Shown one piece after another: positions 9,916 through 20,500 of a stretch of DNA of 44,505 bases. Source of the stretch: Phycisphaerae bacterium SM23_30 (GTDB lineage Bacteria > Planctomycetota > Phycisphaerae > Sedimentisphaerales > SM23-30). The notes below the pieces were generated by a model. That model was not told the origin of the DNA and searched no databases. It saw nothing but the letters and a program-made list of their open reading frames with translations. Where the stretch lies: assembly GCA_001303695.1 (NCBI GenBank), contig LJUC01000030.1, positions 1-44,505 of the forward strand, in the 5' to 3' direction. The translations under genes were made by a program, and so were the position numbers. Numbering within the stretch: the first letter of the stretch is position 1; each line of letters begins with the position of its first letter.

Positions 9916-10473
9916 TTAAAATCCTTTTTCCACATCGACCGCCACGTGGATATGGCAGGCCTTTCGGCTCCAGGGCACGGCCCGGCCGCGATCTTTAGGT
10001 CGCCAGCGTCTGGTATTAAGCCGGACGCCAGCGTAATCCACCCGGGCCTGACAGACGTATAAGCGTTCGATATCAGCTTCCTGTTCATCGGCACTGGCAA
10101 TAGCGCTGCGGAGCACCTTGTCAACAAAGACCGCCGCTCTTTTATTGGCGAACTTGAGCACATCCAGGGCATCCTGCACGCTGCGGCCGCGTATCAGATC
10201 GGCAATGAGCCTGACCTTTCGGGGAGCAATGGGAGCAAAGCGATGGGAGGCCGACCAGACCACCAAATCCCGAGGCGAGATCCCCATCGCCCGCGCCAGG
10301 CCCTCAATATCACCGGACTTAGGTTCAGGCTTCAGATATTCGCGCTCCCAATTTTTCACCGCCGCGCAGGCCTGGTCTGCCGTTAAACCGGCGGGAATAA
10401 GAGCCGAGGCCAAATCCTCAACATTCATACCTACCGCCGTGCGCCATTGTCTTAGTTTTTCTCCGCTGAGCAT
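9916..10473 (-). CDS. rplV: 50S ribosomal protein L22 with an N-terminal ~70-aa XRE/Cro-type helix-turn-helix domain
   Basis: C-terminal ~115 aa are uL22 (APRKVRLIADLIRG, KVLRSAIASA, RGRA...CHI); the N-terminus follows the HTH_XRE pattern; canonical rpsS-rplV-rpsC position. Confidence 0.95.
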   Translation of the reverse strand: MLSGEKLRQWRTAVGMNVEDLASALIPAGLTADQACAAVKNWEREYLKPEPKSGDIEGLARAMGISPRDLVVWSASHRFAPIAPRKVRLIADLIRGRSVQDALDVLKFANKRAAVFVDKVLRSAIASADEQEADIERLYVCQARVDYAGVRLNTRRWRPKDRGRAVPWSRKACHIHVAVDVEKGF

Positions 10474-10512
10474 ATCGCTCTATCCTGATATTGTGCTGAT
10501 TTCTTTGTTGTT

Positions 10513-10782
10513 CTATCTTGCTTTACTGCCACTGTGTCCTTTGAAGATCCGGGTAGGAGAAAATTCTCCCAGTTTGTGGCCGACCATATCCTCGGTTACG
10601 TATATTTTGTTAAAAATTTTTCCGTTATGGACCATAAAGGTGTGGCCCACGAACTCGGGCACGATGGTGGATCGGCGGGCCCAGGTTTTGATGGGCGTAC
10701 GATCCCCATTTTCCTGCTGGCGGAACACTTTTTTCAGCAGTTTTTGATCTACATAAGGTCCTTTTTTCAGTGATCGTCCCAT
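10513..10782 (-). CDS. rpsS: 30S ribosomal protein S19
   Basis: [10 protein letters not shown] and [13 protein letters not shown]. Confidence 0.98.
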   Translation of the reverse strand: MGRSLKKGPYVDQKLLKKVFRQQENGDRTPIKTWARRSTIVPEFVGHTFMVHNGKIFNKIYVTEDMVGHKLGEFSPTRIFKGHSGSKAR

Positions 10783-10798
10783 GCCGGGGTCCTTACTT

Positions 10799-11650
10799 TT
10801 ATATAGCTACCTGAATTCCTCGTGCAGTTTTTCTTCGACGAATAATACGTTTGTTTGAGTTTTTTCGCCTGTTTCTGGTTTTACCCCCTTTAGCCGGGAC
10901 ACCGGTGGGCGAGCAGGGATGGCGCCCGCCATTGCTGCGGCCCTCGCCGCCGCCCAAGGGATGGGCAACGGGATTCATGGCCTTTCCACGAACGTGAGGT
11001 CGGCGACCCATGTGGCGTTTTCGTCCGGCTTTGCCGATATGCACGTGCTGATGGTCCACGTTGCCCAGTTGGCCAATAGTTGCACGGCAGGCAACCGGTA
11101 TCATTCTAATTTCACCACTGGGCATAATAATGTGAGCCCACTTGCCTTCTCGGGCTGCCAGGGTAGCTACCGCACCGGCTGAGCGTACGAGCTTTCCGCC
11201 CTGGCCCTGTTTCATCTCGATATTGTGTATTTCCAGCCCGGTAGGGATGGCCGCCAGCGGCATACAATTGCCGACTTTAGGCTCGACCCGCGGACCGTTT
11301 TCCACCGTGTCGCCGACGGTCAGGCCCTGAGGGGCGAGAATGTATCTTTTTTCTCCGTCGGCATAGTGAAGCAAAGCAATGCAACAGGAGCGATTGGGAT
11401 CGTACTCGACGGCGGCGACGCGGGCGGGGATGTTATCTTTATTGCGTTTGAAATCGATGATGCGATAAATTCGGCGGGCCCCGCCGCCCCGGAAGCGGGC
11501 GGTGATTTTGCCGCTGTGGTTTCTGCCGCCGTTCTTTTTGATACGTCTGATAAGTGATTTTTCCGGCCGGGAGCGGGTGACTTCGGCAAAGTCGTTCACC
11601 GAGGAGTAGCGTCGGCCGGGACTGGTAGGCTTATAGTTTCTAATACCCAT
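10799..11650 (-). CDS. rplB: 50S ribosomal protein L2
   Basis: EYDPNRS, GKAGR and [13 protein letters not shown]. Confidence 0.98.
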   Translation of the reverse strand: MGIRNYKPTSPGRRYSSVNDFAEVTRSRPEKSLIRRIKKNGGRNHSGKITARFRGGGARRIYRIIDFKRNKDNIPARVAAVEYDPNRSCCIALLHYADGEKRYILAPQGLTVGDTVENGPRVEPKVGNCMPLAAIPTGLEIHNIEMKQGQGGKLVRSAGAVATLAAREGKWAHIIMPSGEIRMIPVACRATIGQLGNVDHQHVHIGKAGRKRHMGRRPHVRGKAMNPVAHPLGGGEGRSNGGRHPCSPTGVPAKGGKTRNRRKNSNKRIIRRRKTARGIQVAI

Positions 11651-11697
11651 TTTATCACGTTAAACCATTTGGTTTCCCAGGGGTTTGAAAGTTCTCC

Positions 11698-11979
11698 TTA
11701 GAATAAATCGATGCGGGAATTCTCATCCAGCACCACTACCGCCTTCTTCCAATGGGCCGTGATGCCGACAGTTCGACCACGACGGCGGCGTTTACCTTTG
11801 CGATTAGCTGTTCTAACATCAACCACCTTAACATTGTATATCTTCTCGACCGCCTGCTTGATCTGGGTTTTATTAGCCAGAGAGTGCACCTGAAAAGGGT
11901 AGGCGTTTAAGGTTTCAGCCTGATGAGTCCCCTTCTCGGTAATCAGCGGTCTGATAATTATCTGGTAGGGATTATCCAC
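11698..11979 (-). CDS. rplW: 50S ribosomal protein L23
   Basis: PLITEK, ANKTQIKQAVE and WKKAVV; GTG start. Confidence 0.97.
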   Translation of the reverse strand: MDNPYQIIIRPLITEKGTHQAETLNAYPFQVHSLANKTQIKQAVEKIYNVKVVDVRTANRKGKRRRRGRTVGITAHWKKAVVVLDENSRIDLF

Positions 11980-12742
11980 TTATATCACCTCGAGCCTCCG
12001 GTGAAGAAAGGCGGCTTTCATTGGGTCTTTTATCCGGTTCAGGCGGTTCCGCAGATTCGGTCTGTTCCGCAAGGTCGGTCTGTTGAGCTGGTTTATCCTG
12101 GTCCGCCGGTTCTGATTGGGGCGGCAGCGGATTGATCAAAGCTTCCAGGGCCGCCCGGGTGAAAAGCAGTTTCTGGCGCTGTAAAATATCACCGGCATTA
12201 AGCTGGGCCACTTCCAGGGCGTCCACACGCGGGATGTTACGGAGTGATTTATAAACCATGGGATTGTACTTTTCGGTGGCGACCAGACAGCTACGATCTA
12301 TTTTAAGATTGTTAAGGATATGCGCAAAGGCAGCGGTGCGCGGTTCATCGAAATTAAGCTGGTCGATGACGATGGCGTTATCACTCTGCATTTTGGCCAA
12401 GATGGCATTATTGCGGGCGAGGCGGCGTTGTTTTTTAGGCATGCGCTGGCGGAAATCACGCGGCATTTTAGCAAACGCGACCCCCCCTCCACGCCTAATG
12501 ACCGTACGGACCGTCCCCATGCGCGCCCGCCCCGTGCCTTTTTGCCGATAGATTTTTCGGGTCGATCCGCTAACCATACCCCGACTTTTCGTCGTCGCCG
12601 AACCCTGGCGTCGATTGGCATGATACATGACCAAGGCCTGCTTCAAAAGGGCGGGTCTGACGCGACCTCCCAGCAGGGTCTCATCGATCTGCAGACGATC
12701 GACCTGTTTTCCTTCTCGATCATATACCGGAATATCCAACAT
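11972..12742 (-). CDS. rplD: 50S ribosomal protein L4 with a ~50-aa low-complexity C-terminal tail
   Basis: TKSRGMVSGS..KIYRQKGTGRAR and RGGG. Confidence 0.97.
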   Translation of the reverse strand: MLDIPVYDREGKQVDRLQIDETLLGGRVRPALLKQALVMYHANRRQGSATTKSRGMVSGSTRKIYRQKGTGRARMGTVRTVIRRGGGVAFAKMPRDFRQRMPKKQRRLARNNAILAKMQSDNAIVIDQLNFDEPRTAAFAHILNNLKIDRSCLVATEKYNPMVYKSLRNIPRVDALEVAQLNAGDILQRQKLLFTRAALEALINPLPPQSEPADQDKPAQQTDLAEQTESAEPPEPDKRPNESRLSSPEARGDISG

Positions 12743-12779
12743 AATTTTTCATCCCAGCGAGGCCAGGTAAATCTTCGCC

Positions 12780-13421
12780 TCAACTCTTGGTTTTCGCTTT
12801 TGAAACTATAACGTAACTATCGGGAGGTCCGGCCACCGAACCTTTGATCACCAGTAGATGGTTCTGCCGGTCGATAGCGACGACTTTATGATTACGAGAG
12901 GAACAACGGACATGGCCTACATGGCCGGCCATTTTTTTGCCTTTTTTGATGCTGCGGCCGGTACTACCGGAAACCACGCTGATGGAACCGGGACTGCGGT
13001 GTTTTCGCTCGACGCCATGGCTGGCGGGCTGACCTTTAAAGCCATAGCGTTTCACGACGCCGGTAAAGCCCTTGCCCTTGCTGGTGCCGAGGACATCAAC
13101 AAATTTTATTTCCCGAAAAAGATCGACGGTCAGCTCATCCCCGATTTTCTGGGTGGGTTGTTGTTGCAGGGAGACTTCACGCACGAAGGCTTTGACGGGG
13201 GCGCCGGCCTTTTGGGCATGTCCGATTTGGGGTTTCTTTCGGCGAGAACGTTTAACATCTTCAAAACCCAACTGCAGGGCGTTATAACCGTCGGTCTGTT
13301 CGGTTTTTACCTGCATAACCGTACAGGGTCCGGTCCGGATAACGGTCACCGGGACGATGACGCCTTTTTCGTCGTACATGCGGGTCATGCCGATTTTTTT
13401 CCCTAAAAGGGCCTGGGCCAT
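12780..13421 (-). CDS. rplC: 50S ribosomal protein L3
   Basis: GKKIGMT, DGYNALQLG, SKGKGFTGVVKR and HRSPGSI. Confidence 0.98.
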   Translation of the reverse strand: MAQALLGKKIGMTRMYDEKGVIVPVTVIRTGPCTVMQVKTEQTDGYNALQLGFEDVKRSRRKKPQIGHAQKAGAPVKAFVREVSLQQQPTQKIGDELTVDLFREIKFVDVLGTSKGKGFTGVVKRYGFKGQPASHGVERKHRSPGSISVVSGSTGRSIKKGKKMAGHVGHVRCSSRNHKVVAIDRQNHLLVIKGSVAGPPDSYVIVSKAKTKS

Positions 13422-13461
13422 TTTAACTACTCGTTCCTGTTTGCTCTTTTTTCGTTCGGTT

Positions 13462-13489
13462 AAAAAAAGTGCCGCTCAAAAGCCGGCAC
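13462..13489 (-). terminator. intrinsic terminator-like hairpin between rpsJ and rplC
   Basis: Minus strand GTGCCG-GCTTTTGAG-CGGCAC followed by T7. Confidence 0.65.
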
Positions 13490-13509
13490 ATTTCACATCT
13501 TATGAGTAA

Positions 13510-13818
13510 CTATACCCGTATCTTGATAAACACGCCCGCCGGGACTACTAAACGGTTGAGAGCCTCCACGGTTCGGGGATTGGCCTCAAAAATATCAATA
13601 AGGCGTTTATGAGTGCGAATTTCAAACTGTTCCCGTGATTTCTTATCGATATGAGGCGATCGAAGGACGGTATAACGCTCGATACGGGTGGGCAGGGGAA
13701 TAGGACCGGAGACCTGGGCGTTGGTGCGCCGGGCATGATCGACTATCTCCTTGGCCGAAGCGTCCAAGGCTCGATGGTCGTAGGCTTCCATGCGAATTCT
13801 AATACGTTCGGTTTCCAC
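13510..13818 (-). CDS. rpsJ: 30S ribosomal protein S10
   Basis: GPIPLPT and [24 protein letters not shown]; GTG start with GGAG upstream. Confidence 0.98.
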   Translation of the reverse strand: METERIRIRMEAYDHRALDASAKEIVDHARRTNAQVSGPIPLPTRIERYTVLRSPHIDKKSREQFEIRTHKRLIDIFEANPRTVEALNRLVVPAGVFIKIRV

Positions 13819-13933
13819 ATCCAGGACTCCCAGTTATTCCACAGCCCCATATTTTTGTTAATCAACGTTATTCCGGTGGGGCAGGTCTGCTCGCTAAGCC
13901 TGTGGGATTCTCAAACACCAGGGCCCGGCGATT

Positions 13934-13964
13934 TTGACAAACTCATTACATTAGCATTTATAAT
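13934..13964 (+). promoter_or_regulatory. consensus TTGACA-N19-TATAAT promoter-like site, divergent from the S10 promoter
   Basis: Both hexamers perfect; 19-nt spacer; overlaps the minus-strand promoter. Confidence 0.35.
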
Positions 13965-13975
13965 ATTTTAGTCAA
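13948..13975 (-). promoter_or_regulatory. putative sigma70 promoter of the S10 operon
   Basis: TTGACT (13975-13970), N16, extended -10 TGc-TAATGT (13953-13948); ~130 nt upstream of rpsJ. Confidence 0.55.
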
Positions 13976-14170
13976 TAAAAACTTACAAAAAATCCACAAC
14001 CCCCGCTCAACACGAGGTTAAAAGGCCCTCTCCCCCGCCGTTGGGGCTGAATTATAACAACCTATATGGGTAGGGTTTGTTTGATTTAATAACTACCGGG
14101 GGCAGGCCCATTAAAGGCTCAACCCTTCCATCCGTGGATAACTATAGGCTAGACAATAACTTACACTAAC

Positions 14171-14192
14171 GCAGAAAATTCCATTTTTCTGC
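14171..14192. terminator. hairpin downstream of fusA
   Basis: GCAGAAAA/TTTTCTGC 8-bp stem; no U-tract. Confidence 0.3.
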
Positions 14193-14237
14193 TCGCAAGG
14201 ATCGAGAACAGAAATTTACTATTTATTTATGATCGTG

Positions 14238-16316
14238 TCAATAGGCTGTTTCCAAAACTTTTTGGGAAATTTGTTCCGGCATGGCGGCATACTTATAGGG
14301 TTCCATGGTGTAGCTGGCCCGGCCCTGGGTATTGCTCCGGAGGTCGGAGGCATAGCCGAAGGTTTCCGACAGGGGCACCAGGGCATCGATGATCCGAATT
14401 TGCTGGCGCTGCCGAGCGTGCCGAATGACCGCCCTTCTGCGGGTAAGATCGCCCTGTACCGCCCCGTAGTACTGCTCTGGGGTGACGATTTGCATTTTCA
14501 TGATGGGCTCAAGCAGGACAGGCTGTGCCTTTTTTACGGCATCATAAAAAGCCAAGCTGGCGGCCTGTTGGAAGGCAATGTCAGAGGAATCCACTGTGTG
14601 ATAGGAGCCGTCCATGATGGAGATTTTAATGTCAATAAGCGGAAAACCGGCCAGGACGCCACTGCCGGCGGCGGCGGAAACACCCGTTATAATAGAGGGA
14701 ATGTATTCTTTGGGGATGGCACCATGGGATACCCGATCCTCGAAGATCAGGTGATCTTCGTCCGGTTCCGGCTGATGAGGTTCAACAGATAGTACGACAT
14801 GGCCGTACTGTCCGCGGCCGCCGGTTTGTTTGATAAATTTCCCTTCGCCCTGAGCGGTCAGGGTTATGGTTTCCTTATATGCCACTCTTGGTCGGCCCAC
14901 ACGAATATTCAGACCCATATCCCTGGTTATTTTATGCTGCAGGATTTCCAGGTGTAATTCTCCCATGCCGCTGATAATGGTTTGCCCGGTTTCGGAGTTG
15001 AAATCAGCGGCAAAAGTGGGGTCCTCGCGTTTGAGGATATCAAGGGCCTGGCCGAGTTTGGCTCTTTCGCCGGCAGTGCGGGGTTCAATAGAAAGGCTCA
15101 TCACAGGCTCAGGGAATTTAATCCCCTCAAGGACAATAGGTTTTTTCGCGGAACAGAGGGTATCGCCGGTAAGGGTATGCTTCAGGCCCACCAGGGCCAC
15201 AATATCGCCGGCGATTGCCTGCTGGCACTGGATTCGGTGGTCGGCGTGCATCCGATAAATTTTGGTGATGTTTTCCTTACGGTCCCGAGAACTGTTTAAG
15301 AGCTTTATGTTGGTTTTCAGAGTACCAGAATAAATCCGGGTGTAGATAAGATCGCCGTGCTGGCCGGCGGTGATCTTAAAGGCCGTGGCCACCAATATAC
15401 CCTCCGGATCACATTGGTATTTAAGAGTTTTTTCGGGTTTGCCGGGGGCGTATCCGGGGATATACCGGCGATCTAAAGGACTGGGTAAATAACGAACCAC
15501 AGCATCAAGTAAGGCGCGTGAGCCGATACTTTGCAGGGCCGCGCCGCACAGGACCGGATGCAGTTTGCCCTCCAGGGTGCCGGCGCGCAGACCGGCAATA
15601 ATTTGATCGGAGGATATGGGCTGATCGTGAATATAAGCCTCCAGGAGCTGACTATCATATTCGGCGGCCTGCTCGATGAGGTCGTGACGGGCCTCTCGGG
15701 CGGCCTCGAGATATGGCTGAGGTATGGCCTGGGCCTCAAAAGTAGCGCCCACCTTTTCTTGTTTGAAAAAGAGGGCCTGCATCTCCAAAAGGTCGATAAA
15801 ACCGAGGAAATTATCTTCGGCGCCCATAGGAAGTTGGACGGGAACCGGTTGGGCGAGTAGTTTTTCGCGCAGACTCCTGACCGACATTTCAAAATCGGCG
15901 CCTATTTTATCCATTTTATTAATAAAGCATATACAGGGCACCTGATATTTCTGGGCTTGATGCCAAACGGTTTCAGACTGAGCCTGCACCCCTTCGCTGG
16001 CGTCAAAAACGGCCACCGCCCCGTCAAGAATAAGCAGAGAGCGCTCCACTTCAATGGTAAAATCGACGTGGCCGGGGGTATCGATCAGGTTGATGGTGTG
16101 ACCTTTCCAGGGACAGGTAGTAGCAGCGGAGGTAATGGTGATGCCGCGCTGCTGCTCTTCGGCGAGATAGTCCATAACGGTGGTGCCCTCATGGACCTCA
16201 CCGATCTTGTGGGTTCTGCCCGTGAAATAAAGAATGCGTTCCGTGACGGTGGTTTTACCGGCGTCAATATGGGCCATGATACCGAGGTTACGAATTTTTT
16301 CCAGGTTGCGACTCAT
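14238..16316 (-). CDS. fusA: elongation factor G (divergent str-operon copy)
   Basis: [43 protein letters not shown] and [10 protein letters not shown]. Confidence 0.96.
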   Translation of the reverse strand: MSRNLEKIRNLGIMAHIDAGKTTVTERILYFTGRTHKIGEVHEGTTVMDYLAEEQQRGITITSAATTCPWKGHTINLIDTPGHVDFTIEVERSLLILDGAVAVFDASEGVQAQSETVWHQAQKYQVPCICFINKMDKIGADFEMSVRSLREKLLAQPVPVQLPMGAEDNFLGFIDLLEMQALFFKQEKVGATFEAQAIPQPYLEAAREARHDLIEQAAEYDSQLLEAYIHDQPISSDQIIAGLRAGTLEGKLHPVLCGAALQSIGSRALLDAVVRYLPSPLDRRYIPGYAPGKPEKTLKYQCDPEGILVATAFKITAGQHGDLIYTRIYSGTLKTNIKLLNSSRDRKENITKIYRMHADHRIQCQQAIAGDIVALVGLKHTLTGDTLCSAKKPIVLEGIKFPEPVMSLSIEPRTAGERAKLGQALDILKREDPTFAADFNSETGQTIISGMGELHLEILQHKITRDMGLNIRVGRPRVAYKETITLTAQGEGKFIKQTGGRGQYGHVVLSVEPHQPEPDEDHLIFEDRVSHGAIPKEYIPSIITGVSAAAGSGVLAGFPLIDIKISIMDGSYHTVDSSDIAFQQAASLAFYDAVKKAQPVLLEPIMKMQIVTPEQYYGAVQGDLTRRRAVIRHARQRQQIRIIDALVPLSETFGYASDLRSNTQGRASYTMEPYKYAAMPEQISQKVLETAY

Positions 16317-16580
16317 GTTAATTACGATCCGGTGTTCAAAAAATGCTTATGCTTTGCAAAAGCATGCCCTTTCATCACAAGATGTTCAATTTTTTTGCGC
16401 GGGGCGACAATCCCCGGCATAAAGCCGGAGCTAAATAAATTATGCGTTATGTTTGTCATGACGATTAATAGGCATTTTTCAGTAGTTAATCGGATTACTG
16501 CGTTTCGCTGAAAAACCATGTAAAAAACTGCCACAATCAGGATCGCAGTCCTCATTGTGGCAGCAGATAAAAGCAATTGC

Positions 16581-17054
16581 TTACCAGGCAAAATGGGCGA
16601 AAGCCTTGTTGGCCTCGGCCATCCGATGCACATTTTCCCGAGTGGTCATCGCGGCGCCTTCTTCTTTGTAAGCGGCGATAAGTTCCTCGGCGAGCCGAAT
16701 AAACATGGGTTTGCCCTTTTTGCTGCGGGCGGCGGCCAGGATCCAGCGAAAGGCCAATGCCCGCTGTCGATTGGCATTGACCTGCATGGGCACTTGATAG
16801 CTGGCCCCCCCGACCCGTCGGGAACGGACCTCAATGAGTGGTTTGACATTGTTTACGGCGGTTTGAAAGACATCTAAAGGAGGGACGTCCTTGATACGTT
16901 TGGCGATGACATCCATAGCGTCATACATAACCCGCTGGGCGATGCTTTTTTTACCGTCCCACATCAGGCAATTAATAAACTTGGATACCAGCTTACTGTT
17001 GAATTTTGGATCCGGCTTGAGAAATTGAGCCGAAGCCACAAAACGTTTTGCCAT
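16581..17054 (-). CDS. rpsG: 30S ribosomal protein S7
   Basis: [15 protein letters not shown] and [12 protein letters not shown]. Confidence 0.98.
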   Translation of the reverse strand: MAKRFVASAQFLKPDPKFNSKLVSKFINCLMWDGKKSIAQRVMYDAMDVIAKRIKDVPPLDVFQTAVNNVKPLIEVRSRRVGGASYQVPMQVNANRQRALAFRWILAAARSKKGKPMFIRLAEELIAAYKEEGAAMTTRENVHRMAEANKAFAHFAW

Positions 17055-17128
17055 TATTTTATGATCTCCGATTTAATTTAACCAAACATGGTTCACCATT
17101 AACGTTACATCAGGGTTTCTCTTGATCC

Positions 17129-17500
17129 TTATTTTGGTCGGCGGGCGCCGTATTTGCTGCGGCCCTGCTTGCGATTGGCAACCCCAAGGGTGTCAAGGAC
17201 GCCCCGGATAATATGATATCGAACCCCCGGCAGATCGCGGACCCGTCCCCCGCGAACCAGGACGATACTGTGTTCTTGCAGATTATGGTCGATCCCGGGA
17301 ATGTATGCGGTGACCTCTCTCCCGTTGCTTAATCTGACCCGGGCGACCTTTCGGAGAGCCGAGTTGGGCTTTTTAGGAGTTTGGGTTCTGACCTGCAAAC
17401 AGACGCCCCGTTTAAAAGGATGACTGTCCAGGTCAGGGGTATGACCCTTATGGCGCACTTTTTTACGGCCGTTTCTAATCAATTGATTAATGGTGGGCAT
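17129..17500 (-). CDS. rpsL: 30S ribosomal protein S12
   Basis: [18 protein letters not shown] and [10 protein letters not shown]. Confidence 0.98.
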   Translation of the reverse strand: MPTINQLIRNGRKKVRHKGHTPDLDSHPFKRGVCLQVRTQTPKKPNSALRKVARVRLSNGREVTAYIPGIDHNLQEHSIVLVRGGRVRDLPGVRYHIIRGVLDTLGVANRKQGRSKYGARRPK

Positions 17501-17525
17501 CTAACACTCCAATTTCATATAATCT

Positions 17526-20500
17526 TTACTTTTCCGGTGTTAATCCCAAGGCTTCCTTGATGGCGGCCTCGGCACGAATCTCCTTTTCTTTACGTTTGAT
17601 CAATTCTTCGGTTTCGAGTTCCGGCGGCGTCGGCGGGGCGGCCAGGTGTTCAACCTGGATATCCATGTAAGGTTTGAATCCGGTGCCCGCCGGTATTAAA
17701 TGTCCCAGTATAACATTTTCTTTCAGGCCCAGCAAGCGGTCCTCTTTGCCGGAAATGCTGGCTTCCGTCAGGACGCGGGTGGTTTCCTGGAAGCTGGCGG
17801 CGGAAACGAAACTCTCGGATTGTAACGACGCCTTGGTAATACCAAGCAGCAAGGTGGCGGCAGTGGCCGGCCGACACTTGCCGCCCTGGGCTATATCACC
17901 CCCAATGGCAGAGATAGGCTCGTTGATACGATCTAACTCTTCCTTGGTGATAATGGCGCCCACCTTCAGATCCGAATCACCGGGATCGGTGATTTTAAGA
18001 CTATGGGAAATCCTTTGATTGGTGGCTCGAAAGCGGAATTTGTCCAACACGTCGCCAGGCAACAATTCCGTATCACCGGGATTTTCCACCTTTACCTTAC
18101 GCAACATCTGGGCGACGATTACTTCGACGTGCTTGTCGTTGATTTTAACGTTTTGGGCCCGGTAAACGTTTTGGATTTCCACCAGCAGATAGTTCTGCAG
18201 GGCTTCCTCTCCCCGGATCCGGAGGATGTCATGGGGGACGAGGGGGCCATCGGTGAGGGGTTCGCCGGCATCGACGTAGTCTCCCGTGTGAACATTAAGG
18301 TGCTTATCATGGGGTACATGGTGTTCGATTTCGAGGCCGGATTCGGATCGGACGATAATGGTCATTTTTCCCCGACGCTTGTCACTACGGAGTTCGACGC
18401 GACCGGAGATTTCGGCCAAGGCGGCTGGTTCCTTGGGCCGACGAGCCTCAAATACTTCGGTTACCCGGGGCAGACCCCCGGTGATGTCCTGGGTGCCGGT
18501 AATAGCTCGCGGCTGCAGGGCCAATAAGGCGCCGGCGGGAATTTCCTGACCTTCTTCAACCTGGATGATGGCTTTGGCCGGCAGATAATGGAAGTCAAGT
18601 ATGGTGCCCTGTTTATCTTCGATAACGATGCGGGGGTGTTTTTCGCCTTTATGTTCGATGACCATGGATTTTTGGCGGTGTCCGGCGGGGTCGATTTCGG
18701 TGCGGATGGTTTCGCCTTCTTCGACGTCTTGGCAGCGGACGATCCCGGCCACTTCGGAGAGGATGGGGATGCGGTGGGGGTCCCATTCACACAGGACGTT
18801 TCCTTTGGAGACGGTTTGTCCTTCCGTCACCAATATATGGGCGCCGTAGCTCACCCGGTATCTTTCCATTTCTCTATTTTTATTATCGACGATGATGATT
18901 TCCCCGTGTCTTTTGAGGGCGATTCTTTGGTTTATTTGCTCTGGTTGGGTCACCTCGACGGCGTTAAGTTCGTGATATTTCACGTATCCCGTCACGTTGG
19001 TTTTGGTTTGATGTTCCATGACGTCGCGTTCGGCGATGCCCCCGGTATGGAAGGTTCTCATGGTCAGTTGGGTCCCGGGTTCGCCGATGGATTGGGCGGC
19101 GATGATGCCCACGGCCATCCCTTCTTCGACCGGTCGTCCGCTGCTGAGATCGACGCCGTAGCATTGGGCGCACATACCCAGGTTCGCCTCGCAGGTCATC
19201 GGCCCCCGCACGCGGATGGTATCGATGCCCAGCTTTTCTATTTGCCGGGCGACGGTGTCCGTAATAATCTCATTTTCCGCCGCAATAATCTTGTCGTTGA
19301 TCGGGTTTCTTATGGTGTCGCGGGCGGTGCGGCCAAGGATGATCTCCCGTAAGGGGATTGAAACCTGCTCCCCTTTATAGATAGCGCTTTTGCTGATACC
19401 CTGGAGGGTGCCGCAGTCGTGTTCGGTGACAATGACGTTCTGGGCGACATCGGCAAGTTTACGGGTGAGATAGCCGCTGTCGGCAGTTTTCAGGGCGGTG
19501 TCCGCCAGGCCCTTGCGAGCACCGTGAGTGGAACTGAAATACTCCAGGACGTTGAGGCCTTCGCGGAAGTTGGCCTTAATAGGAGTTTCGATAATTTCCC
19601 CGGAGGGCTTGGCCATCAAGGCCCGCATGCCGCAAAGCTGTTGAATCTGATCGACCTTTCCCCGAGCCCCGGATTCGGTCATGATAAAGATGGGATTAAG
19701 GTAGGGCGCGCCCTCGCGCGTGTCTTCCTGGAGTTCTTTCATCATCTCACCGGTCACTTCGACGCGGGCATGGGTCCAGGCATCGATGATCTGGTTATAT
19801 CGTTCGCCCTCGGTGAGGGCGCCGGCTTGATAATTACGTTCGATGCGGTCCACGCGTTTTTGGGTTTTTTCGATAATTTCTGGCTTGCGGCTGGGGATGC
19901 GCAAATCGGTGAGACAAATGGATAAACCTGCGAGAGTGGCCTGTTTAAAGCCGCTTTCTTTGATCTGGTCGAGAAGTTCGATAGTGGCCGAGCGTCCGAC
20001 GTACTGAAAACAATCACTTATGACGCGGCTCAATCCTTTGGAACCGAGGGGAAAGTTATAAAACGGCATCCCCTCAGGAAGAATGTCATTAAAGATACAT
20101 CGTCCCACGGAACTTTCAACAAGAGCGCCATATTCACTGAACTTGTCATCGGCACCAATGGCCCGTTTGTTTTTAGGCAGACGCAGTTTGATATTAGCGT
20201 GCAAGGTGGTTTTATTATGTTCGTAGGCTAATATGGCTTCGAAGGGGCTGCTAAAAACCATCCCCTCGCCCTTTTGGCCGGGTCGGATAAGGGTGATATA
20301 GTAATTACCCAGAACGATGTCCTGGGAAGGCGACATGATAGGCGAGCCATTGGCCGGAGAAAAGATATTGTTGGTAGCCATCATCAGGGAATGGGCTTCC
20401 GCTTGGGCTTCAACACTCAAAGGCAAATGGACCGCCATTTGGTCGCCGTCGAAGTCGGCGTTAAAACCCCGGCAGACAAGGGGGTGAATTTTGATAGCAT

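Noticed and set aside
13811-14141. DnaA-box-like 9-mers (13811, 13835 and 14133 with one mismatch; 13990 with two), suggesting oriC
   Set aside because: No perfect box; one-mismatch hits are expected by chance in a gap this size; genes on both sides are co-oriented
16322-16633. 103-aa ORF between rpsG and fusA
   Set aside because: Overlaps rpsG out of frame; no recognisable motif or RBS
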